From Patescibacteria group bacterium (lineage in GTDB: Bacteria; Patescibacteriota; Patescibacteriia; UBA9934), in assembly GCA_049296775.1 (NCBI GenBank), contig JBAQTB010000001.1:224992-288991 (forward strand): a stretch of 64,000 nt of DNA. Reading direction: 5' to 3'. Every line of letters begins with the position of its first letter. Position 1 is the first letter of the stretch. Positions 1-8,737 of the stretch are shown piece after piece. The notes below the pieces were generated by a model. The model was not told the DNA's origin. It saw nothing but the letters and a program-made list of their open reading frames with translations, and made no database searches. The translations under genes and the position numbers were made by a program.

Positions 1-1
1 C

Positions 2-643
2 TTACTCCCGATTTTGACCATGGCTTGGAGTCAAAAGAGACCCAAGGATTTTCAACAGCACTTACAAACTGGTTTTGATATTTTAGCCATCATTTCTGTG
101 CCCTTTGCCTGTGGCGCGATCGTCCTTGGCGTGCCGCTCATGATGGCCGTCAAACCAGATCTGGTTTTAGCTGGTCAAGTCTTGCGTATTTTAGGACCAG
201 CCATAGCGGTGCTGTGTTTCGGCTCGCTCTACGGACATGCGGTAGTGGCCATTAACAAACAAAAACCGATGATGTTGGCGTATGCACTCGTGGCCGTGTT
301 TGCAGTCACCGGCTATGTGCTGTACATCCCGCTTTACGGCGCCTGGGCCGCAGCTTGGATTACCCTGGCCTCAGAAATTTTGATCGGTGTGCTAGCGTAC
401 TTAGTGGTTACCCTGACCGTCAAACAACCTTTGCAACTCAAACAACTCGGCCGCGTGATCATAGCCAGCGTGATTATGACCGTTGCCATTACGTTCATTC
501 CGACCCCCCACGTCGCCCTCAGTGTCCTCATGGGTATGCTGGTCTACGGCATTGTGCTCGCTGGATTAGGTGGCCCAAATCCTAATAGCTTGTTGAAAGT
601 CTTCAAAGCGGATAAGTTGATGCCTCCAACTATCACCGCCTAA
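2..643 (+). CDS. C-terminal part of a polytopic membrane protein, probable polysaccharide/oligosaccharide flippase (MOP/Wzx-like); 5' end lies outside the window
   Basis: ORF track 14..643, but the frame is open back to the window edge. At least 6 predicted TM helices, which are hydrophobic stretches rich in Ala/Gly/Leu/Val. Lies directly upstream of an O-antigen-ligase-like gene. Confidence 0.45.
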   Translation, partial: LLPILTMAWSQKRPKDFQQHLQTGFDILAIISVPFACGAIVLGVPLMMAVKPDLVLAGQVLRILGPAIAVLCFGSLYGHAVVAINKQKPMMLAYALVAVFAVTGYVLYIPLYGAWAAAWITLASEILIGVLAYLVVTLTVKQPLQLKQLGRVIIASVIMTVAITFIPTPHVALSVLMGMLVYGIVLAGLGGPNPNSLLKVFKADKLMPPTITA

Positions 644-644
644 C

Positions 645-1844
645 ATGTCACTTTTACTCATCGCAATTTTACTGGGAGGTTTTGCCTGGCTAGCCTGGCG
701 TGATTTGAAGTTGGCCCTGATGCTGATTGCCTGCACTATGCCTATCTACTTGCTCCGTTTCGACTTGCTGGTGCCGTGGACGGTGCTAGAAGCCTGTATC
801 TTGATCGCGTTTGGCGTGTGGCTAATGAAACATCATGATCTCAGAGTGGCGTGGAAGAGCTTAGGCGTGTTACGAGCACCACTTGCATGCTTAATCATCG
901 TAGCGACCTTGGCGATCCTCTGGGCACCTGACCAGCTGAGTGCGCTTGGAACGTGGAAAGCGTATTTCATCGAACCGCTGTTAGTCTTAGTCATGCTACG
1001 CACCACCCTGACGCAGCCGGAAGATTGGCAGAAGTTATTAAATGGCCTCGGCCTCAGCGTCATCATGATTGCTAGCATAGCGATCTTACAAAAGCTCACC
1101 GGACTTGGCTTACCGATTCCGTGGGACACTGAACGCCGGGTCACGAGCGTCTTTGAGTACCCTAATGCTGTTGGACTATACCTAGCGCCAATTGTCGCGG
1201 CCTTAATTATCAGCAAACAGAAAATTGCTTACGTAGCCGTACCGCTCGGCCTTATTGCAATTTACTTCGCCAAAACTGAAGCCGCTTTAGTGGCGATCCC
1301 AGCCTCCGTCATTTTCAGTTTAGCGATAGCGAACATCAAAGCAAAGTCCAGACTCGTGAGCCTGTTGCTGATCGCCGTACTGGGTGTGGCTACAGCTTTA
1401 GCGATTCCAAGCGTACGCGCTAAACTTTTCTTACAAGATTACTCCGGCGGCGTACGACGTTCACAGTGGACAGAGACTTTACAGCTGCTCAGCGATCGAC
1501 CGTTCCAAGGTGCCGGACTCTCCGGCTACCCTACTGCCCTCGCGCCGTATCATGATTCAATCGTGTATGAAATTTTTCAATACCCACACAACCTGGTGTT
1601 GAACTTCTGGGTAGAACTGGGAATCTTAGGCGTTATCGCTGGCCTGTGGCTAGGCTTAATAAGCTTAAAACTCGGTTGGCAAGGTCGCGATAACTTGTTC
1701 GCCCTAACCGCACTCACCGCTTTAGTGTGCATGGCCGTTCATGGTTTAGTCGATGTACCGTTTTTCAAAAATGACCTATCCGTCCTCACGGCGATTTTTC
1801 TAGCCATGCTTTTAGCCTCAAATAAACTCGAGCAGCACTCATAA
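645..1844 (+). CDS. O-antigen ligase / Wzy-like polymerase family membrane protein
   Basis: 399 aa with about 10 TM helices and a large loop. The region YPHNLVLNFWVELGILGV...AVHGLVDVPFF is typical of Wzy_C/O-antigen ligase proteins. Its start codon sits 1 nt after the preceding stop, so the two genes are probably cotranscribed. Confidence 0.55.
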   Translation: MSLLLIAILLGGFAWLAWRDLKLALMLIACTMPIYLLRFDLLVPWTVLEACILIAFGVWLMKHHDLRVAWKSLGVLRAPLACLIIVATLAILWAPDQLSALGTWKAYFIEPLLVLVMLRTTLTQPEDWQKLLNGLGLSVIMIASIAILQKLTGLGLPIPWDTERRVTSVFEYPNAVGLYLAPIVAALIISKQKIAYVAVPLGLIAIYFAKTEAALVAIPASVIFSLAIANIKAKSRLVSLLLIAVLGVATALAIPSVRAKLFLQDYSGGVRRSQWTETLQLLSDRPFQGAGLSGYPTALAPYHDSIVYEIFQYPHNLVLNFWVELGILGVIAGLWLGLISLKLGWQGRDNLFALTALTALVCMAVHGLVDVPFFKNDLSVLTAIFLAMLLASNKLEQHS

Positions 1845-1922
1845 AAACAAAACGCGGCCGGAAATGTACGCCGTGTAGAGAGACTTTCGATCTCTACACG
1901 TCACATTTCCGACCGCTAATCC

Positions 1923-4073
1923 TCACGAACCTTCCGAACTCGCGTACGTCTGTTGCGACGCGGGACAGGTGCATGGGAACCGACCGCCGGCCATATCACA
2001 GGCCTCGGCCAGCGTCATACCAGCGTCTTCGACCCGCTTCTTGAAGGCCGGCAGCTTCTCTGCGCACATCGCTTCATCCGGCTGAACTAGCACCTCCTGT
2101 GCTTGCGGGCAAGTGCAGGGAAACCTGTCACCAGCCAGCTCACAAGCATCGGTCACGCTCATGCCCGCGTTTTCAACCTTCTGCTTGAAGGCCGGGAACT
2201 TCTCCGCGCAGTTTTGCGCACTGGGCGGGAGGTCAACACCGGCCCAACCAGCGACTGTATCCAACGTGACGTTGAACACGCCCGTGCCGAACTGACTGAC
2301 GCGCTGCGCGTCTTCTTTACCTACGAACATGAAGTAGCCCACTGCCAACACCATGAAGGCGGTCGCAATCGCGCTGGCCCAAGTTGGGAAGCGCTCCAAG
2401 CTCTGTCGGATATATTCAGCCGAGAGCCTGTCGTTATACTTATTGGTGAACTCGGCCATCACGATGATGATCCAAACGCTCACCATAAACAGGGCCGAAC
2501 CAGCATCGTTGATCCAGTCCAGCCCCCAACCCAGGAGCATGGTGCCGAGCCCAACTGCACTCAGAATGAGACGAATAGTCTGAATCCTGGGACGCAGAAG
2601 CTTACCCAATTTTTCGTTGAACAAGAAGATGACTGGCAGAAGCACCAAGGTCAACCAGGCCGTTACCACCCCCTGTTGGATGGTGAGTAGCGTCCAGTTC
2701 ATCGCGTTCGCGAAGAGCTGGTACAGGTGCATGATGCCGTTCTGAACGAAGTCCATGAGCGGCAGCAACAACCCGACCGTAAAGAGGCCAAAGACGTTGA
2801 CCACACACCAGCTCACGACCGAGATCGTCAGCATGCACAACACACCGAGGGGCGACGTGAGCATGTTGAACACTCGTGGCCAAGTGAGACGCTTTAGTGT
2901 TGGCAGGCGCAGATTCAACCTGTCCAGCCAATCTTTACCCTTATTCTCAAGCATTGAGGGCGGATGCATTCCTCGCTGTACCGCCAACAATGTCCGAATG
3001 TAAACCTGAGCCGATTCTGGCAAGACCCGTTTTGGCTTTTTAACCACGGGTGTCTCACCATGAAAGTAAGATGAAAGCTTCTTGAAGAAGCCCTGCTTCA
3101 CCTTTTCCGTCGGTGGCTCAGGTTCAGGATCGGCACCGAGCTCAATTAACCGCTTGGCGTCCTCTAGGCTATCAGGCAGAATCTTTTGAAGACCTTCAGG
3201 GTCTGCCAAAAGTAGTTCGGCCTGTGCTGCCAGGACCTGACTCGCGATACCTTCCAGACCAAGATCATCGTCTACCATAACCTCTTTCGAGGCCAGAGTT
3301 TCGATGCCCGCCAGGAATGTTCGCTGTGCGACAGTTAGCCGTGACAGGACTTCCAAAGCACTCGGCTTTGGCGGGGCCTGTGGCATGGACGAGGCGACAA
3401 CTGCGTCACCGTCCACATCCGCGCTCGAACCAGTGGCGGCACCCGCGTCAGTGTCAGTGTCGGTTGGCATGGGTGCTCCTCCTTCGGCGGTTGGGTTGGC
3501 GAATCCCTGATCAATGGCGGCCTGCAACACCGCAGCAGGATTGCCTTGAAGTTTGTAGAACCAAGACCAGCCCTTGCGGATTTCCGCGTCAATGGCAGGC
3601 AGGGCATCGAGCTCGATTTTACTCGGATCGATCTTCTGATCCTCAATCAGGTTCTCGACAATTTCCGGCACTTTATTCAGTGCCGCAACTGCCAAGAACT
3701 TGGCACCGGAAACAGCAATGGTGGCTACCGGGCTGTTAAGCTTGGGGCCACTCCAGTGCTCGATCGTGGTCGCGAGGCCAAAAAAGAGCAAACGCCGTTG
3801 GTCTTTATTAGACTTAGCAACGAGCCTGGCCAAGAGTCCGACCATCCCTTTGTCCAGGATGTACTTTTCGAACTCATACTTCCTAAGGAAGTCTTTGACC
3901 CAGCCCTCGGTCATACCCAAGGCGAGTTCGGTAGGGGCCGAGGCCCAATTGCCGATGGCGTCCTGTGAGATCTTTTCGAAGTTCGATGCCATGATGGCTC
4001 CTAGACCCGCAATTTGCGGGATTTTGTAGGTTAACACGAATTGTGAGAGAACGCTGTCTGAATGAACTCCCAC
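1923..4073 (-). CDS. hypothetical large membrane protein with soluble N-terminal domain, central polytopic TM region and a C-terminal tandem cysteine-motif repeat
   Basis: 716 aa. The C-terminus carries two ~40-aa repeats C-x-E-K-[FL]-P-A-F-K-x-[KR]-V-E-[ND]-A-G-M-[ST]-x-x-[DE]-A-C-[ED]-[LM]-A-G-[DG]-R-F-P-C-T-C-P. High GC and GC3 compared with the rest of the window. Confidence 0.5.
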   Translation of the reverse strand: MGVHSDSVLSQFVLTYKIPQIAGLGAIMASNFEKISQDAIGNWASAPTELALGMTEGWVKDFLRKYEFEKYILDKGMVGLLARLVAKSNKDQRRLLFFGLATTIEHWSGPKLNSPVATIAVSGAKFLAVAALNKVPEIVENLIEDQKIDPSKIELDALPAIDAEIRKGWSWFYKLQGNPAAVLQAAIDQGFANPTAEGGAPMPTDTDTDAGAATGSSADVDGDAVVASSMPQAPPKPSALEVLSRLTVAQRTFLAGIETLASKEVMVDDDLGLEGIASQVLAAQAELLLADPEGLQKILPDSLEDAKRLIELGADPEPEPPTEKVKQGFFKKLSSYFHGETPVVKKPKRVLPESAQVYIRTLLAVQRGMHPPSMLENKGKDWLDRLNLRLPTLKRLTWPRVFNMLTSPLGVLCMLTISVVSWCVVNVFGLFTVGLLLPLMDFVQNGIMHLYQLFANAMNWTLLTIQQGVVTAWLTLVLLPVIFLFNEKLGKLLRPRIQTIRLILSAVGLGTMLLGWGLDWINDAGSALFMVSVWIIIVMAEFTNKYNDRLSAEYIRQSLERFPTWASAIATAFMVLAVGYFMFVGKEDAQRVSQFGTGVFNVTLDTVAGWAGVDLPPSAQNCAEKFPAFKQKVENAGMSVTDACELAGDRFPCTCPQAQEVLVQPDEAMCAEKLPAFKKRVEDAGMTLAEACDMAGGRFPCTCPASQQTYASSEGS

Positions 4074-4180
4074 AGAAACAGAAATTTCAGACCTTATAGA
4101 GTAGCAGAAAAAAGGGGTTTTGTCAAGGTGATAAACAGATAAATCTAGCTAATATTAGCTATTTTTTACTGATTACTCCC

Positions 4181-4209
4181 TTGACATTTTACCAATTTTA
4201 TGCTATCTT
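4181..4209 (+). promoter_or_regulatory. sigma70-like promoter (TTGACA-17-TATCTT) upstream of 4304 gene; AGGAGG RBS at 4294-4299
   Basis: TTGACA at 4181-4186, a 17-nt spacer, TATCTT at 4204-4209. A strong SD sequence lies 5 nt before the ATG at 4304. Confidence 0.5.
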
Positions 4210-4303
4210 TAGACGTTCGGAGTTGGGTGCGCCAGGGCCTGTCCCAGCCAAAACCAACACGAATATCTGGACTTTCACAAATCAAACCAACTAGGAGGTC
4301 ATC

Positions 4304-5140
4304 ATGACCCGCATGCTGTTCGTCATTGCTTTCGCTGTGCTCGTGACCACGCCCGCCTACGGGCAGGACGCACCGTCACCCACGAAGGCCAAGATCTACC
4401 TTACTGAAGGCTGGGAACAAAACGCTCAGACCTACAACGAGGATGCCCCTCAAACGAGTGACGGCACGGCGGAGGCGCCCAGCGCCGCCGCCACGACCAA
4501 CCAGCACGCCGAGGAGGAATTGTCATTTCTCCGGGAGCAGAACGAGATTCTGCTGCACCGTCTGAAGGACCCCACCGACAACACCTTGTTGCTCGGCCGG
4601 CCGACGGTGTCGACAGCGTCGAACCCGAATGAGCTCAGTGTCTGTGGGTTCGCGATGAACTCTGAGGCGCTGAGCGCACGGCAACAGCGCAAGCTGGCGC
4701 CGTACGTGAGCGGTTGCCTCACGGCTCAGGCTGGGTTGGTGAAAGCCAACAACCAGCTGCCGCTTGGGGCCATGGCCATCCAACACGGCGCACAGCTGTC
4801 GGCCACCGATCGCGGTGTCGCCGTCGGCGAAATGCCAGCCACTGTGCTGGCCAGCGTCAGTGGACAACAAAACTTCCAAAACGGTTGGGGTGGGTACGGC
4901 AGCTCAATGTCGGCACAAGTTGCAAACTTGATGTCAGCGAGCCAACTCACGGGCATGACCATGGGTAGCGGCTGGTCCAATTCTGATCCAGACCCTGACC
5001 CGGAACCCGAAACGGATCCTGAAACGGATCCTGAACCCAAGCCGGTTTCTGCGGCAGAAGCAGCACAACAAGCAGGGCGCGCAGCGGCTGCCGCCAAGAA
5101 GGCGGCGGTGTTGCAAGCGGTTCGTGAGGCGGCAGAGTAG
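4304..5140 (+). CDS. secreted hypothetical protein with C-terminal (Asp/Glu-Pro)n low-complexity linker
   Basis: Signal peptide MTRMLFVIAFAVLVTTPAYGQ. Contains the tract [20 protein letters not shown] and an Ala/Lys-rich tail. GC-rich codon usage. Confidence 0.6.
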   Translation: MTRMLFVIAFAVLVTTPAYGQDAPSPTKAKIYLTEGWEQNAQTYNEDAPQTSDGTAEAPSAAATTNQHAEEELSFLREQNEILLHRLKDPTDNTLLLGRPTVSTASNPNELSVCGFAMNSEALSARQQRKLAPYVSGCLTAQAGLVKANNQLPLGAMAIQHGAQLSATDRGVAVGEMPATVLASVSGQQNFQNGWGGYGSSMSAQVANLMSASQLTGMTMGSGWSNSDPDPDPEPETDPETDPEPKPVSAAEAAQQAGRAAAAAKKAAVLQAVREAAE

Positions 5141-5232
5141 CCGCTCGCATCGACGCCCCCTTTCCCCCTCTTCATAAGAGGGGGTGTCACCTAAGCAATT
5201 CAATCGGGCTATGGCCCAACCTGGAGAACATC

Positions 5233-5847
5233 ATGTTCAAAAGCCTCTTTGCATTCGCAATCACGACCGTCGTCATCCTCAATGTGGGGACGGCGATGGC
5301 CTCACCGCCGACAGCCGGGTCAGACTACCTGGTGCCAGCCGAATGGAGCACCAACCGTGGTCTGTGCGGCGCTGAATGCCGCGCAATCAAAAACAACAGC
5401 AAGCGAGGCAACTGCATCGGCTTTGGCTTTAGTGGTGAGTCGAGAGGACACGTTGAAGGCAATTTGATCATCACCGGCGATGGCAGGCTGCCGCTCGGCG
5501 TCCTCACGCCTGACGGGCCTGACCCCGATACACTGCCGGACTTCAAATACTGCATTCCACCAGGGGAGACAGTATACGGGTCAGTGAATCTGCTGGGACA
5601 AGCACGTGTCCAGCCAAACGGAGAAACGCTACTCTATTTGGTCATGACGAGCACCGCGTATGAAGTCGCGGTGAACATGACGCAGAACGAATATCCGCTA
5701 GGAAAATCGCTACTGCTGATTGTGAACGTACTCAATGAGCTCAGCGGAAGGCCAACTCTCGCCACTGGCAGACGCCTCAACCGCGCATTCATTCCAAAAG
5801 AAAGGCCGATCATCGACCTCAGCCTGAACACAGTGGCTACCAGATAG
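5233..5847 (+). CDS. secreted hypothetical Cys-containing protein
   Basis: Signal peptide MFKSLFAFAITTVVILNVGTAMA; 204 aa; GC-rich like the two neighbouring genes. Confidence 0.55.
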   Translation: MFKSLFAFAITTVVILNVGTAMASPPTAGSDYLVPAEWSTNRGLCGAECRAIKNNSKRGNCIGFGFSGESRGHVEGNLIITGDGRLPLGVLTPDGPDPDTLPDFKYCIPPGETVYGSVNLLGQARVQPNGETLLYLVMTSTAYEVAVNMTQNEYPLGKSLLLIVNVLNELSGRPTLATGRRLNRAFIPKERPIIDLSLNTVATR

Positions 5848-5908
5848 CCACGCTACCTTGCGAGCAATTACTTGAGCCGAGCTCGAGTAATTGCCGCTAA
5901 AACCAAAA

Positions 5909-5941
5909 CTCCCCTCGATCGAAATCGACGGGAGTTTTTTT
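5909..5941. terminator. bidirectional rho-independent terminator (hairpin CTCCCCTCGATCGAAATCGACGGGAG + T7)
   Basis: Perfect stem flanked by an A-tract on one side and a T-tract on the other. It sits between the convergent genes ending at 5847 (+) and 5958 (-). Confidence 0.7.
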
Positions 5942-5957
5942 AATTGCTCTTTTAAAT

Positions 5958-6431
5958 TTAGGTGCCGTCTGTGCCGGTGGCTGAGATCAACTGATCGAGA
6001 ACAAATGAGCTGATAGCGTAAGCGGACAAGAGGATGACCAAGCCGATAACAGCGGTAATAATGATTTGCTTTGCCTTGGCGACGTTCTTTTCATCACCGC
6101 CAGCGGTCATCCACAAGAAACCAGCGTAAATCACGAGTACCAAGAAAATGATACCGAGCAAACCAAGTAACACGTTAATCAAAAGTCCCAAAGTTTCGTC
6201 CAATTCCTTGTTGCCCAAGCCCGTATTAGACTGAACGGCATCTAGATTATCCGTCAAAGCACCAGCTTCGGTAGCAGCGAAAAGCTGCGGCGCGAACACG
6301 CTAAACGGAGTGGCGATCAGCGCTGCACCTAAGATAAAGTTTTTGAATTTGCTCATAAGGTAATGAAATTTTGATGAGATAAGTATAGCACGTTTTAAAC
6401 CACCCCGCCCCACCTGTTCACAACTTCCCAT
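5958..6431 (-). CDS. TrbC/VirB2-like T4SS-pilin family small membrane protein (paralog 6 of 6)
   Basis: Signal peptide plus two TM helices. Conserved core GLLGIIFLVLVIYAGFLWMTAGGDEKNVAKAKQIIITAVIGLVILLSAYAI. Likely true start is the internal Met (MSKFKNF...), about 6356. Confidence 0.7.
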   Translation of the reverse strand: MGSCEQVGRGGLKRAILISSKFHYLMSKFKNFILGAALIATPFSVFAPQLFAATEAGALTDNLDAVQSNTGLGNKELDETLGLLINVLLGLLGIIFLVLVIYAGFLWMTAGGDEKNVAKAKQIIITAVIGLVILLSAYAISSFVLDQLISATGTDGT

Positions 6432-6435
6432 TCAA

Positions 6436-6870
6436 CTAGGTTGCACCCGTTGCAGTGATGAGCTGACTTAGTACAAAATCCGTAATGGAATAAGCTGCTA
6501 AAGCAATAACCAAACCGATCACAGCCGTAGATAAAGTCCCCTTAGCTTGAGCGATCTTCTTCTCTTCACCCCCAGCCGTCATCCAGGTGATGCCAGCGTA
6601 AATCGTCAACACTAGGAAAATTACTCCTAACAAGCCAATCACGACCTTGATCAGACTGCCAACGAGCTGGGGTAGTTGCTGGCTAATATTATAACCAGCT
6701 CCAATGTCACCAGCAGCAGAGTCTAAGCCACTATCTAAAACTAGTGCAAGGGCTGGATGAGCTAAGCTCATAACCAAGAAACCGACGGCCAGTACGATGA
6801 AAAAACGTTTAAACATATTAATCCTATAATTGCTCGGCGACGCTCCCTGGCGTGGCCGAAAGTGCATCAA
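6436..6870 (-). CDS. TrbC/VirB2-like T4SS-pilin family small membrane protein (paralog 5)
   Basis: Same core W-M-T-A-G-G-x-E-K...A-K...A-V-I-G-L-V-I...A-Y. Probable start is the internal Met (MFKRFFIVLAV), about 6816, which removes the overlap with the upstream paralog. Confidence 0.7.
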   Translation of the reverse strand: MMHFRPRQGASPSNYRINMFKRFFIVLAVGFLVMSLAHPALALVLDSGLDSAAGDIGAGYNISQQLPQLVGSLIKVVIGLLGVIFLVLTIYAGITWMTAGGEEKKIAQAKGTLSTAVIGLVIALAAYSITDFVLSQLITATGAT

Positions 6871-7228
6871 TTACGGTACTTGTAATGACATAAGCTGAAG
6901 CAATAATCACTGCTCCGACCACGGAGGCAACCAGAATATTTTTAGCATTTTCAATACGTTTAGAGTCGCCAGCTGAGGTCATCCACATTAACCCAGCATA
7001 AACTGTTAGCACCAAAAATACCACACCGGTCAGTCCGATTAATGGCTGAATAATAAAACCACCTACAAAAGTAGCAATATTGGTACGGGCCGGGTCTTTG
7101 ACCTGTTCACCATACGCCTGACCTCCGGTCTCCACTAGGCCGGAGCCGTCGACGGATAATTGAGCGGACACTAAGCTAGGCAGGGCTAGGCTGGTCACAA
7201 GGGCTAGAACGGCGAGGAGTTTTCGCAT
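6824..7228 (-). CDS. TrbC/VirB2-like T4SS-pilin family small membrane protein (paralog 4)
   Basis: Signal peptide MRKLLAVLALVTSLALPSLVSA. Core LMWMTSAGDSKRIENAKNILVASVVGAVIIASAYVI. Confidence 0.75.
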   Translation of the reverse strand: MRKLLAVLALVTSLALPSLVSAQLSVDGSGLVETGGQAYGEQVKDPARTNIATFVGGFIIQPLIGLTGVVFLVLTVYAGLMWMTSAGDSKRIENAKNILVASVVGAVIIASAYVITSTVIDALSATPGSVAEQL

Positions 7229-7309
7229 AGCGCAGGGCTCGCATGGGCTAACCTACGGCAGGTAGGCGCAAAAGGATGCGAACCGAGCGGCGTGAGAAAA
7301 CGCGAGTGC

Positions 7310-7762
7310 TTAGATACCTGAGTCGGTCGTGGTCGCGTCAATAAGTGACTGCAGTACAAAGGTCGTAATAGCGTAAGCTGACAAGATGATCGCAACACCA
7401 ATGATACCGGCGATTATCAAACGCTTAGCCTCACCGACTTTCTCATCATTACCACCAGCTGTCATCCACTTGAAACCACCGAACAAGATAATGATAACCG
7501 CTACGATACCTAGGAAACCGAGAGCTACGTTAATGAGCTCACCTAGACTTTCCTTCAAGTCTCGCTGACCAAGACCAGTTCGATCACTGAAAGAGGTCGG
7601 AAGAATATCGCTGACGTCATTAATCTCTTGAGCGCGCACCTGAGCTGCAAATGGCAGAGCCAAGGCTGCGCCAAGCATAACACTCATACCGATTCTTATA
7701 AAAGACTTCACCATACGTTTAGTGCGTAAAGTAATGATTAATATCTGAGAGAAGTATAGCAT
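7310..7762 (-). CDS. TrbC/VirB2-like T4SS-pilin family small membrane protein (paralog 3)
   Basis: Core FKWMTAGGNDEKVGEAKRLIIAGIIGVAIILSAYAI. Probable start at the internal Met (MVKSFIRIG), about 7714. Confidence 0.7.
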   Translation of the reverse strand: MLYFSQILIITLRTKRMVKSFIRIGMSVMLGAALALPFAAQVRAQEINDVSDILPTSFSDRTGLGQRDLKESLGELINVALGFLGIVAVIIILFGGFKWMTAGGNDEKVGEAKRLIIAGIIGVAIILSAYAITTFVLQSLIDATTTDSGI

Positions 7763-7782
7763 AGCTCCAGAGCTGTGCTGAA

Positions 7783-8148
7783 CTATGCCTGACCACCGAT
7801 CGCTGAACCAGTTACCAGACCGTTAATCACGGCGTTCACAAGTACATAAGCAGAGGCGATGAGGGCCAAACCGAGCACTGCCCAAGTGATGACCGTTTTA
7901 CCGCGCTCAATCCGTTTAGATTCTCCAAAAGAGGTGATCCACAAGACACCGCCGTACACAAACATTAGCAAGGCCGCCGAACCAACCACAGATAAAATCG
8001 CCTTAATCACGTTACCCACAATAATACGTGGATCTGAAGTGTCGCCAAGTGGATTGACTAGGACCACCTGTGCGGCGACTAAGCGCGGGGCACACACCAG
8101 GCCAAGCGCGAGTAAGCTCCAGCTAAGACGTTTTAATGACAATTGCAT
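7783..8148 (-). CDS. TrbC/VirB2-like T4SS-pilin family small membrane protein (paralog 2)
   Basis: Signal peptide plus core VLWITSFGESKRIERGKTVITWAVLGLALIASAYVL. Confidence 0.7.
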   Translation of the reverse strand: MQLSLKRLSWSLLALGLVCAPRLVAAQVVLVNPLGDTSDPRIIVGNVIKAILSVVGSAALLMFVYGGVLWITSFGESKRIERGKTVITWAVLGLALIASAYVLVNAVINGLVTGSAIGGQA

Positions 8149-8183
8149 ATAGTTTATAAACCTGAGGGACTAGAGCTGATATT

Positions 8184-8714
8184 TTATTGCTGGGCTTCTT
8201 CAATAGTTTCCTGAATAGTCTGGCTCTGTTCATCACCAGCCAAGGCAGAAATCAAGAAGTTGATTAATGAGTAAGACATAATAATGATAACAAAGCCGAT
8301 AGTCGCGTTAATAACTGTTTCTTTGCCTTTCTCAATTCTATCCGGCTGACCAAGTGAGGTGGTCCACAAAAAGCCGCCGTACACGAACATGAGCAAGACC
8401 AGGGAACCACTCACGCCTAAAATCAAAATGGTGACGTTAACAAAAACCTGCAAAATTTGATTGAGCGTACACTGCCCCGCGAGCTTACAGGCCTCAGCTG
8501 AAGTACAGTTACCGTCAACATCGTCATCGGTGATGTTGGCAAAAATGATGCCGTCAATCAAAATCCTATCAAAACCTGCCTCTTGATCAGTAGTCTTGAT
8601 CCCCGAACCCGAACATTCGGCTGCGTAGGCCACAAAATGACTAGGTACACTAAACGCCCCCAGGAGTACGAGGGCGCTCATGAATCCAACTAAGGCTCTG
8701 ACTAGAGAACGCAT
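8184..8714 (-). CDS. TrbC/VirB2-like T4SS-pilin family small membrane protein (paralog 1, longer Cys-containing ectodomain)
   Basis: Signal peptide, a Cys-rich ~80-aa insert, then the core FLWTTSLGQPDRIEKGKETVINATIGFVIIIMSYSLI. Confidence 0.65.
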   Translation of the reverse strand: MRSLVRALVGFMSALVLLGAFSVPSHFVAYAAECSGSGIKTTDQEAGFDRILIDGIIFANITDDDVDGNCTSAEACKLAGQCTLNQILQVFVNVTILILGVSGSLVLLMFVYGGFLWTTSLGQPDRIEKGKETVINATIGFVIIIMSYSLINFLISALAGDEQSQTIQETIEEAQQ

Positions 8715-8737
8715 AACGCTCTCAGTATAGCATGCGA

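Noticed and set aside
2103-4029. Many + strand ORFs inside the 1923..4073 minus-strand gene, and minus-strand ORFs inside the 4304..5140 gene (4450..5203)
   Set aside because: The high-GC island suppresses stop codons in all frames. Only the frames with a signal peptide or TM topology are coherent.
7229-7309. GC-rich 80-bp spacer with CCTAC-GGCAG-GTAGG hairpin between pilin paralogs 3 and 4
   Set aside because: A short hairpin without a U-tract. It could be an attenuator, but the evidence is too thin to call.
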